Position numbers and translations under genes: made by a program. This document shows positions 11,414 through 19,654 of a stretch of 64,000 nt of DNA, in pieces. The stretch is from positions 1 to 64,000 of IMG/VR virus record IMGVR_UViG_3300044633_000899; one strand, given 5' to 3'. Below the pieces are notes generated by a model. It ran no database searches, was not told where the DNA came from, and was given only the letters and a program-made list of their open reading frames with translations. The first letter of the stretch is position 1. Each line of letters starts with the position of its first letter.

Positions 11414-12019
11414 ATGTCAAAAAATATTAAAAATTCACCAAAAGTTTTAGGGTTAGACGTATCAACTCGTACAATCGGTTGGGCTCTATTTGATGTTCAG
11501 TCACAAGAATTATTGGAATTGTCACACATATCACCTAGACCAAAATTAAAAGACAATGATGATAAAATATTAGAATTGTTGATTAAATCTGAAATTTTTG
11601 CTGAAAAACTACGACAATATGTTGGATTGGGAATTGTTAGGGTCATCATTGAGGAACCATTAATGAATTCAAATAACGTATATACTATTCAAACCTTATT
11701 AAGGTTCAATAGTTTTGTTTTTAAAGAAATATATAATATTTTAGGTATTGTACCAGAATTTATATCAACATATAATTCTAGAAAATTTGCTTGGCCTGAT
11801 TTTGTTAAAGAAAACGATAAGGGTAAACACGTTTTATTCGGTGGGTTACCAAAAGATGTTGATAAGAAAATGTTAATTTGGGAAAAGGTTGCTAAACGTG
11901 AACCACAAATTGTTTGGGATTACACAAAAAACAATACTTTGAAAAAAGAGAATTTTGACCAAACTGATGCTTATACTTGTGTGTTGGGTTATATGAGATC
12001 AAAAGAAATTTGGAATTAA
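11414..12019 (+). CDS. ruvC: RuvC-like Holliday junction resolvase
   Basis: VLGLDVSTRTIGWALFD, an IIEEP motif and C-terminal DQTDAY give the RuvC catalytic D/E/D set. Confidence 0.8.
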   Translation: MSKNIKNSPKVLGLDVSTRTIGWALFDVQSQELLELSHISPRPKLKDNDDKILELLIKSEIFAEKLRQYVGLGIVRVIIEEPLMNSNNVYTIQTLLRFNSFVFKEIYNILGIVPEFISTYNSRKFAWPDFVKENDKGKHVLFGGLPKDVDKKMLIWEKVAKREPQIVWDYTKNNTLKKENFDQTDAYTCVLGYMRSKEIWN

Positions 12020-12044
12020 TATCGTTTAAATTACCGATAATTTG

Positions 12045-12074
12045 AAATATCGTCTTTTTAGACGATATTTTTTT
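12045..12074. terminator. Bidirectional intrinsic terminator
   Basis: Perfect stem AAATATCGTC-ttttta-GACGATATTT between convergent genes. Confidence 0.8.
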
Positions 12075-13344
12075 ATATTATGCAATTACCAATTTGTGTT
12101 GCAATGAATACTGATGTTGACGTTTGTATTTCTGATGTACAAATCTTAACACTTTTACCAGGACTAACCAAAACACTTTGTGTCTGACCGTAACAGTCTT
12201 TATAATCATAAACATAAACACTAAAAGGATCTGAGTTCACAATTAAAAAATCATAACACGGTAATAAACTAGGTGTTGGTGTCATTGTTGGTGTAACACT
12301 AGGTGTTGGTGTTGGTGTTTGACTTGGGATTGGAACACAGGTTAAACAAGACCCTGCACTTTCAAAACCAATGTTTTGCAATATCGTAACATTATCAACA
12401 CCACTAATGTTCTCAACTAAACCATCATAAACAACACATACTGAATTATCATTAATGTTTGCACGATAAACATAACCTAATGTTGGTAAATTACCAAATT
12501 CATCTAATATAACACTAGATGTATGATATAAGAAACCATTATTACAATCTTTAAATCTTTTACTATTTGCACATCGGATAAAATCGTCAACCGTATTAAA
12601 TGTAACAATACCATCAAAATTACAAGGTCGTGTAATGTCAGGTGTTGAACTAGGTGTCATCGTTGGTGTTGGACTAGGAGTTGGTGTAATCGTTATCGCA
12701 CTTACTGTTAATGAAATACCACCACAAGGGTTTGTGGGTGTTACCGTAGGTGTTGGTGTCATTGTTGGTGTTACACTAGGTGTTGGCGTCGGTGTTGGAC
12801 TTACAGCACAATTAAAAACCGCGTTAAAATCAATATTACAAACAGACGTTGGTGATGGTGTGGGTGATGGACAAGAACCGGCGGTAAAAAAACTATCACA
12901 TAAATCAGGACAAGAACTAACACACGGAGATTTACCAAATAACAAACAACTACCATCCAAGACAGTTGATAAACACCAAGAATTTGATGTTATTGATGAA
13001 AAAATGTAATAAGTTGGTGAAGTGTTACCAGTATAATAAATCGTACCATTATGAAGCGACGGAGCAAGTTCGTAAGTACCATCATAAGTATTAGTGTTTG
13101 AAATACAATATTCCGTATCACAATTAGGACAAGATGTAATATCTGTAATCCCTAAAGGTAGTGTTTTATATATTATCTGATCAACACCATTAGAATAGGT
13201 TGCACTATCAGCCTCAATAGTACATGCAACGTCATAATATAAACCTTCACCTAAAGTAATAGAATCACCATAAAGAGTTAATGTTGGTGTTATAAAACAC
13301 GAAGTATCACCAGAAGAAAATAAACCTAAATTATTACAAGCCAT
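12073..13344 (-). CDS. Cys-rich virion protein with (PT/PS)n mucin-like linkers
   Basis: Three TPTPTPSVTPTMTPTP tracts separate Cys-rich domains. Confidence 0.7.
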   Translation of the reverse strand: MACNNLGLFSSGDTSCFITPTLTLYGDSITLGEGLYYDVACTIEADSATYSNGVDQIIYKTLPLGITDITSCPNCDTEYCISNTNTYDGTYELAPSLHNGTIYYTGNTSPTYYIFSSITSNSWCLSTVLDGSCLLFGKSPCVSSCPDLCDSFFTAGSCPSPTPSPTSVCNIDFNAVFNCAVSPTPTPTPSVTPTMTPTPTVTPTNPCGGISLTVSAITITPTPSPTPTMTPSSTPDITRPCNFDGIVTFNTVDDFIRCANSKRFKDCNNGFLYHTSSVILDEFGNLPTLGYVYRANINDNSVCVVYDGLVENISGVDNVTILQNIGFESAGSCLTCVPIPSQTPTPTPSVTPTMTPTPSLLPCYDFLIVNSDPFSVYVYDYKDCYGQTQSVLVSPGKSVKICTSEIQTSTSVFIATQIGNCII

Positions 13345-13345
13345 A

Positions 13346-13567
13346 TTATACGGTTAAAGTGTCATTTATAGTACAGTTATTACTGTCAACAACTTTAACT
13401 GTGAACGTACTTAACGAACTAAAAACAGAAGGAATTTCAAAAGCATAGGGAAAATCACCGCTGGTTACCGTGTTAACGTAAATACAAGTCGTAACACCTG
13501 AATCACATACGTATACATCAAAGGGTGATGCACCACCAATGTTTGTTATTGTTATATTTGTTGGCAT
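13346..13567 (-). CDS. Small virion-associated protein (paralog of 4107-4412)
   Basis: Shares the N-terminal motif. A TATTTAT motif lies upstream on the minus strand (13576-13582). Confidence 0.65.
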   Translation of the reverse strand: MPTNITITNIGGASPFDVYVCDSGVTTCIYVNTVTSGDFPYAFEIPSVFSSLSTFTVKVVDSNNCTINDTLTV

Positions 13568-13643
13568 ATATACTAATAAATATAAAAAAATATAAAAACT
13601 TGTGAAGTTGATAATAATATTTAATTTTACTATATTATAACAA

Positions 13644-14549
13644 ATGGAAGAAGAACACGAAGCAATTGTTGAATTACTAGAAGAAATTTTTGGCGACCAC
13701 GGACTTCACTACTCAAATCGTGGACAGATATCACTAAATTGTCCGATATGTGACGAAGGTAGAAACAAACACAATTTGGAAGTAAATTACTTCAACGACG
13801 TATATCATTGTTGGAGTTGTGGTGACAGTGAAGGTACACACGGGTCATTAGGTAAATTGTTTGATAAATTTGGAAATAAAAAACAAAAGAAACTATATAA
13901 AATATTTAAACCCGACGACACCGAAAAAAAAGTTAGAGTAAAAAAACCAAAGGCTGTATTACCAGACAATTTTACCTTATTTAAGGATTCACACCCTGTT
14001 TATCCAATACGACGACAAGCATATAATTACTTAAAAAGTCGGGGAATTACAGATGAAATAATTGAAAAATTCGGAATTGGGTTTTGTGATAAAGGTAGTC
14101 ATACAGGTAGGATCATCATTCCTTCATATGATGTAAAAGGGGATTTAAATTATTATGTTGGCAGAAGTTGGGATCCTCACAGTAGAGCCAAATACCGAAA
14201 TCCAGAAGCGGAAAAAGATCAAATCATATTTTGGGAAAATTTAATTGATTGGAACAAGGACATTTATTTGGTTGAGGGTGCTTTTGATGGAATGTTTTTG
14301 GATAATCCAGTTGTGATGTTAGGAAAACATATGTCGGAATTAATGTTTGACAAGATTTACAATAACGCAAAAGGAAATGTGATTATTTGTTTGGATGGTG
14401 ATGCTTGGGATAATGCGGTTAAGTTATACCACGAGTTAAATGGGGGTGAATTGTGGGGAAAAATTAAGATTGTTAAATTACCGAAAGATAGGGATGTTTG
14501 TGACCTTAAAGGACAAATTGATGATTTTTTTGTAAAAATTTTGGATTAG
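13644..14549 (+). CDS. dnaG: DNA primase (Zn-binding + Toprim)
   Basis: CPICD...YHCWSC zinc finger, YLKSRGI, GRIIIP, LVEGAFD and ICLDGDA Toprim motifs. Confidence 0.9.
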   Translation: MEEEHEAIVELLEEIFGDHGLHYSNRGQISLNCPICDEGRNKHNLEVNYFNDVYHCWSCGDSEGTHGSLGKLFDKFGNKKQKKLYKIFKPDDTEKKVRVKKPKAVLPDNFTLFKDSHPVYPIRRQAYNYLKSRGITDEIIEKFGIGFCDKGSHTGRIIIPSYDVKGDLNYYVGRSWDPHSRAKYRNPEAEKDQIIFWENLIDWNKDIYLVEGAFDGMFLDNPVVMLGKHMSELMFDKIYNNAKGNVIICLDGDAWDNAVKLYHELNGGELWGKIKIVKLPKDRDVCDLKGQIDDFFVKILD

Positions 14550-14570
14550 TCAAAAAAATATATATCTTTG
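14540..14570 (+). promoter_or_regulatory. Bacteroidota-type sigma70 promoter (TTTG-N19-TATCTTTG)
   Basis: Matches the -33/-7 consensus TTTG/TAnnTTTG, upstream of 14588. Confidence 0.75.
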
Positions 14571-14587
14571 TACCATAATTAAAGACT

Positions 14588-15070
14588 ATGAATATTTTTG
14601 TATTAGATTTGGATATCAAGAAATGTGCTATGTACCACTCAAATTCCCATGTTTTAAAAATGATAATTGAATACAATCAATTATTATGTTCCACACATTG
14701 GCTCACTGATAGTGAAGCACCTTATAAATTAACACACAAAAATCATCCTTGTGCAATCTGGACAAGAGAGTGTATTGAAAATTATATTTGGTTGGCCGAT
14801 TTATGTTTGGAATTATGTAAGGAATACACCTACAGATATGGAAAACGCCACAAATCACAAGATGTTGTTGAATGGTGCATTGTTAACAAACCAAACTTAA
14901 CTGAAAATGGTAACATAACTGAATTTCCATTGGCAATGCCAGACGAATGTAAAATTGGAAATGCTGTTGAATCATACAGAGAATATTATATTAAACATAA
15001 ACAATCAATTTCTTCCTGGAAACATAGAGAAATACCATATTGGTTTGAATCGGAAAGATGTTTTGTTTAA
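14588..15070 (+). CDS. Pyrimidine-dimer DNA glycosylase (DenV/endonuclease V family)
   Basis: MNIFVLD..., HVLKMIIE, THKNHPCAIW, YTYRYGKRHKS and YREYYIK motifs. Confidence 0.8.
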   Translation: MNIFVLDLDIKKCAMYHSNSHVLKMIIEYNQLLCSTHWLTDSEAPYKLTHKNHPCAIWTRECIENYIWLADLCLELCKEYTYRYGKRHKSQDVVEWCIVNKPNLTENGNITEFPLAMPDECKIGNAVESYREYYIKHKQSISSWKHREIPYWFESERCFV

Positions 15071-15101
15071 TTGTGAGATAACAAATAAAATATAAAAAGT
15101 T

Positions 15102-15287
15102 ATGAGAGAAGAAATATTAGAAATCGCGTCAAAACTCCAGTTCAATATGATAACGGAAAATGAAGCCGAAGATCTTTTACTAGAGTTATTTGGTGTTAGC
15201 AGTAGATTTGGTGGATATTGTAGTAAAGAAACCCTAGAAGGTAAAAGATGTAGGGATATTTGTGATAAACCTCAGTGTGGTTGGTAG
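15102..15287 (+). CDS. Hypothetical protein
   Basis: ATG start in an operon context. Confidence 0.5.
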   Translation: MREEILEIASKLQFNMITENEAEDLLLELFGVSSRFGGYCSKETLEGKRCRDICDKPQCGW

Positions 15288-15634
15288 ATTTTATGTGTGA
15301 TAGATATGAGAAAATAGACGAAAAATCAAAAATAATTACCGACTTACTTGGTTGTAAGATTGATAAAGGTATTAGGGAATTAATCGTTTTACTTAACTAT
15401 AATCATATTGGAACAACCCAGTCTTGTTGGGGACATAAAAATTGGGGTGAAAAATTTCCTTGGTTTGATATTAATAGTGACTACTATGATAATATAAAAC
15501 CAATTATTCTTGACTTAGAAATTGAACTTGAAAAGATTGGTACTGATACAATACGATTTTATCCGAAATGTAAAACCTTAATAAAAGGTAGGAGAGAATT
15601 TAACAAATTGAAAGAAAAATTAAAACAAAAATAA
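15275..15634 (+). CDS. Hypothetical protein with a TxxSCxGH motif
   Basis: IGTTQSCWGH resembles the TYW3-like motif. The start is uncertain. Confidence 0.45.
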   Translation: MWLVDFMCDRYEKIDEKSKIITDLLGCKIDKGIRELIVLLNYNHIGTTQSCWGHKNWGEKFPWFDINSDYYDNIKPIILDLEIELEKIGTDTIRFYPKCKTLIKGRREFNKLKEKLKQK

Positions 15635-15639
15635 ACATA

Positions 15640-16503
15640 ATGGATTTAAACAAAACAGCATCTGAGATCCGAGAAATCTTACAGAAAAAAAGACAAGAAT
15701 TTCAGTTAACATTTGAGGAGGAAAGTCACCAATATACAATGTTGGGTTTAGATGGAAAATTAACAAATGAATGGCCATCCGTATCAAAAGTAATGAAGTT
15801 ATTCTACGATGAATTTCCAAGTGAAGAAATGGCCTTCAAAAAGTCTGGTGGCGATCCTGATGAAGCAGAACGATTACTTGCGGAATGGGCAGAAAAAGGT
15901 CGTTTATCAACAAATTTAGGTTCCAGAGTTCATTACTTTCTTGAAGAACAAACATTAAAAGAATTTGGTCACGATAAAGAAGTTCGTCAACCTATTTTTG
16001 ACTGTAACGCAGAACAAATCACAATTAGTGATGCTATGATTACGGGGGGGAAAAATTACATCAATTTATTAAAAGAACGTGGATGTGAGTTATTGGACAC
16101 TGAACTTGTTTTAGGTAGTCCAGAACTAGGCTATGTGGGGCAGCCTGATAAGGTGTGGTTAGTAAATAGTAATAAAGGTGAAGTTGGGTTGTTAGTGTCT
16201 GATTGGAAAAGTAATGCTGAGAAAAATTTCTTAAAACAATGGTTTACTAAACCAATGTTACATCCATTCCAATACTTACCTAATAACGCATTAGGTCATT
16301 ACAATACCCAGTTACCTTTATATGGAAAATTATTACTTAAAATGTTGGAGGGTACAAAATACGAGAACATTAAATTATTAGGTTGTATCATCGTTAGATT
16401 GACTGAGGGTAGAGAATTTGTTGAGTACAGAGTTGATAAATCAACAATAAATACTATACTTGATATGGATATTAAACCAATGTTAAAAAAAATCAAGAAA
16501 TGA
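15640..16503 (+). CDS. PD-(D/E)XK exonuclease-like protein
   Basis: WPSVSKV, GSRVH, TELVL, GQPD, DWKS and YxxQLxLY form the RecB-like/lambda-exo-like motif set. Confidence 0.75.
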   Translation: MDLNKTASEIREILQKKRQEFQLTFEEESHQYTMLGLDGKLTNEWPSVSKVMKLFYDEFPSEEMAFKKSGGDPDEAERLLAEWAEKGRLSTNLGSRVHYFLEEQTLKEFGHDKEVRQPIFDCNAEQITISDAMITGGKNYINLLKERGCELLDTELVLGSPELGYVGQPDKVWLVNSNKGEVGLLVSDWKSNAEKNFLKQWFTKPMLHPFQYLPNNALGHYNTQLPLYGKLLLKMLEGTKYENIKLLGCIIVRLTEGREFVEYRVDKSTINTILDMDIKPMLKKIKK

Positions 16504-16588
16504 AATACGAGATAGTAACAGTCTGGACAACAACCACAAGTTGGGATAAAATGGTGGGTAAAATAAATATTAATTATATAATCAAATA

Positions 16589-16807
16589 ATGATGGACGAA
16601 ATTATTAAACCAAGAATTGACTTAAAACAACAAGAAACAGTAAAATGTACTGAGTGTGGATCTAAATATTTTAAAGAAGTCACAATGATTAAAAAAGTAC
16701 CGAAATTATTAACTGGTAGTCACGAGGACTCGATCGTACCATTTCCGACCTATATGTGTAATAGTTGTGGTTTTGTGAATGAAGTGTTTGAACTTTTCAT
16801 TGATTAA
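16589..16807 (+). CDS. Small zinc-ribbon protein
   Basis: CTECG and CNSCG pairs. Confidence 0.7.
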   Translation: MMDEIIKPRIDLKQQETVKCTECGSKYFKEVTMIKKVPKLLTGSHEDSIVPFPTYMCNSCGFVNEVFELFID

Positions 16808-16808
16808 T

Positions 16809-17042
16809 ATGGATTATAGAGACTTTTACATCTGGTTAGACGGGTTTATGACAAATAGATCCTGGACTGTAATAAAACAGTCTGATATTGAAACGATTCA
16901 AACAAAGATGAAAGAAGTTCATAGTGGTAAGAATCAATTGTCAACACAAAAAATTATTATCAAACAACCTTTTGATCCAATTCAAATTCCAACACCTAAA
17001 AACCCTTTTGATATAACTTGTAAAACAAATTTAGATGATTAA
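16809..17042 (+). CDS. Hypothetical protein
   Basis: ATG at 16809, operon packing. Confidence 0.6.
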   Translation: MDYRDFYIWLDGFMTNRSWTVIKQSDIETIQTKMKEVHSGKNQLSTQKIIIKQPFDPIQIPTPKNPFDITCKTNLDD

Positions 17043-17814
17043 AACTATAGTACATTTCTCTGACCTTCATATCAGATTATTTAAAGATCACGACCTATAC
17101 AGATTGGTATTACAGGATGCGATTAACCAATGGAAAGAATTAAAACCTTGTAGAATCGTATTTTCTGGAGACCTAGTACACAGTAAGAACCAGTTAACTC
17201 CGGAATTGATAGAAATGGTTAGTTGGGTTTTAAATGAGTGTTCAGAAATCGCACCAACAGTTATTATACCAGGCAATCACGATGCCTTGATCAACAATAC
17301 TGAACGCTTGGATGCTTTAACACCAATAATTAATTCATTGAATAATGAAGATATTATTTATTACAAAGACCGTGGTGTTTATGAAGACGAAAACATTAGT
17401 TGGTGTGTATATTCACAATTCCAAAACAACATTCCACCAGACATTAATACTGCAACCGGAGTTAAAATCGGATTATTTCACGGACCAATACAAGGAATGA
17501 CAACCGATTTGGGGTTTGATTTTGGTGACCACGCTTACGATATTGATAAGTTTAATGGTTTAGATGTTTGTCTATGTGGGGATATTCACAAAAGGCAAGA
17601 ATTTAACTTTAGTACTGGTAAAGGATATATGATTGGTTCAACTTTACAGAACAATATGGGTGAAAGTGTTGGGAAACACGGATATGGTATTTATGATGTT
17701 GAAACAAAAGATTATAAGTACGTTGATTTGTTCAACCCCAAACCATTTTTGAAATTCTCAATAAAATCCATTGAAGATATTGAGAATGGAACTGAAAGAT
17801 TATTGAATTTGTGA
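17035..17814 (+). CDS. Mre11/SbcD/gp47-like metallophosphoesterase nuclease
   Basis: DLH, GD, PGNHD, FHG and GDIH motifs. Confidence 0.85.
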   Translation: MIKTIVHFSDLHIRLFKDHDLYRLVLQDAINQWKELKPCRIVFSGDLVHSKNQLTPELIEMVSWVLNECSEIAPTVIIPGNHDALINNTERLDALTPIINSLNNEDIIYYKDRGVYEDENISWCVYSQFQNNIPPDINTATGVKIGLFHGPIQGMTTDLGFDFGDHAYDIDKFNGLDVCLCGDIHKRQEFNFSTGKGYMIGSTLQNNMGESVGKHGYGIYDVETKDYKYVDLFNPKPFLKFSIKSIEDIENGTERLLNL

Positions 17815-17825
17815 TATTTATTGGT

Positions 17826-18365
17826 ATGTTAAAAAATATCATCAAATCTGTACTTAAAGAACATATCACCGAATCACTAATTAACCAAGATGGTAGTTTG
17901 GGTGATATAACCCAGGACGACATTAATGAAATTTTAAGTGGTTATATTGACTGTGCTTTATGGACTGAAGAAGAACGACTAGAAGACGAGTCAACTTACG
18001 AAAGTGATGATGAGGATTATGAAGATATGGATGAGATTGAAAAACTCATTACATTGAAAGGTAAATTTGATAGTAAGGACTTTACATCATTCGTATCAGA
18101 TGATATAGATTTTGACAGTAAAATTGACGCATATCTTGATATCAAAAAATTCATTATGTACGCAGGAGACACCGCAATTGACGAAGCCATTGATGATAAT
18201 GGTCTATACCAATTGGGAATGGATATCTGGTTAACAAGAAACGGACACGGTTCCGGATTTTTTGACAGATCCTACGACAATGAAGAAGACTTGGAAAATG
18301 CTGCAAGAAAAATAAAATCAAAAGATCTATACGTTGGTGACGACGGGAAACTATATTTTAGTTAA
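17826..18365 (+). CDS. Acidic hypothetical (putative virion-internal) protein
   Basis: Start at MLKNIIKSVLKE, just after TATTTAT (17815-17821). Confidence 0.65.
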   Translation: MLKNIIKSVLKEHITESLINQDGSLGDITQDDINEILSGYIDCALWTEEERLEDESTYESDDEDYEDMDEIEKLITLKGKFDSKDFTSFVSDDIDFDSKIDAYLDIKKFIMYAGDTAIDEAIDDNGLYQLGMDIWLTRNGHGSGFFDRSYDNEEDLENAARKIKSKDLYVGDDGKLYFS

Positions 18366-18367
18366 AA

Positions 18368-18399
18368 GTTGATATTGTAACAAATTTTGTTTAGATTTG
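18368..18399 (+). promoter_or_regulatory. Bacteroidota-type promoter (GTTG-N20-TAGATTTG)
   Basis: Consensus -7 box with correct spacing. Confidence 0.6.
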
Positions 18400-18405
18400 T
18401 TGCAG

Positions 18406-18981
18406 ATGAACTCAAAAATTTACGACAAAACAATTTATTCACAAATTCAAACCTATTGTAATGAAAACAATATCAGTGATATTGAAGATTTTATATTTAG
18501 GTGTTTCAAACAGGGTTTTGATATTAATAGATATGGATTTTTGGGAAAAACCCAGGATGTTATTGAAAAAGAAATCATCATTGAAAAAGAAGTGCCAGTT
18601 GAGGTGATTAAAGAGGTTGAAAAAATTGTCTATATTACCAACACAGAAAATGAAAAAAATTTAACCGAAAGAATAACTAAATTAGACGAAGAAAGTAAAA
18701 AATTTTCCACTAAAATAGATGAACTTGAGTTAGAAAGACAATTTTTTTCCACTAAAACACAAGAAATGGAAAAAAATTTCCATTATAGTTTATCTAAGAA
18801 GGATGAAGAATTAGATGAACTTAAACGGAATTTAGACGATGATCAGTCAAAAAAATTACAAGAAACCTTACAAAAATTAAGGAAAGAGTTAGTTGAAAAA
18901 AACAAAAAAATAGAAGAATTAGAAAAAATAAACCAGAACCCCATTAAAGGAAATTTGATGAATGGTTCAAAATTAATATAA
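18406..18981 (+). CDS. Coiled-coil hypothetical protein
   Basis: E/K-rich heptads. Confidence 0.65.
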   Translation: MNSKIYDKTIYSQIQTYCNENNISDIEDFIFRCFKQGFDINRYGFLGKTQDVIEKEIIIEKEVPVEVIKEVEKIVYITNTENEKNLTERITKLDEESKKFSTKIDELELERQFFSTKTQEMEKNFHYSLSKKDEELDELKRNLDDDQSKKLQETLQKLRKELVEKNKKIEELEKINQNPIKGNLMNGSKLI

Positions 18982-18986
18982 CAATT

Positions 18987-19412
18987 ATGATTGAATTACT
19001 ATTATTTACATTTGTTGCATATGGAATGACAACAATTTTAGTTTACGGATCCATCTTTAATGATGTCCGAGATTTTATTCACCGACAAGCACAAGATGAA
19101 AACAGTTTTATACTAACTAGACCAATTTTTAAGTTTTTATCTGGACTAATTGTCTGTCCGTTATGTACATCAACTTGGGTTGGTTTTCTTTTATCGTTGA
19201 CATTATTTTCACCAATTAAACATTTTATTGGACTTAATAGTTTTTATTATGTATTTTTTGATGGAATGTTTGCCGCAGGAATTGTTTGGGCGTTAAACGC
19301 AATAATTGAATGGTTTGAGGAAAATAGATTAAACAATCAAAAACAAATGGTTGAATATATTTTACCTGATGAAGATGAACCACAACAACAAAAAGAAATT
19401 TTAAACGATTAA
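18987..19412 (+). CDS. Membrane protein (DUF1360-like)
   Basis: Hydrophobic helices and the LIVCPLCTSTWVG motif. Confidence 0.55.
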   Translation: MIELLLFTFVAYGMTTILVYGSIFNDVRDFIHRQAQDENSFILTRPIFKFLSGLIVCPLCTSTWVGFLLSLTLFSPIKHFIGLNSFYYVFFDGMFAAGIVWALNAIIEWFEENRLNNQKQMVEYILPDEDEPQQQKEILND

Positions 19413-19424
19413 ATATAAATAAAG

Positions 19425-19646
19425 ATGGGAAAAAAAACAAAAGCACACAGAGCAAAAGTTCAGAAACGAAATCGTACATTATCACAAGAACGATACACGA
19501 TGCAAAATTCATTAACTAAAATGATGAAAGAAATGGCATTACAACAAAATGGTGAAAAAGAAAATTTACAAGTTAAAGTTGGTAATGAAACCGTACCTTT
19601 TGAAATTGTCGCAGAACCTATGACAACAGGGATTAAAGGGTTTTAA
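19425..19646 (+). CDS. Basic hypothetical protein
   Basis: K/R-rich N-terminus, operon context. Confidence 0.55.
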   Translation: MGKKTKAHRAKVQKRNRTLSQERYTMQNSLTKMMKEMALQQNGEKENLQVKVGNETVPFEIVAEPMTTGIKGF

Positions 19647-19654
19647 TTACAATA

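Noticed and set aside
9290-13010. Pro/Thr-coding nucleotide repeats (ACACCA/ACACCT runs) as DNA-level arrays
   Set aside because: They are explained by low-complexity protein linkers with variable codons.
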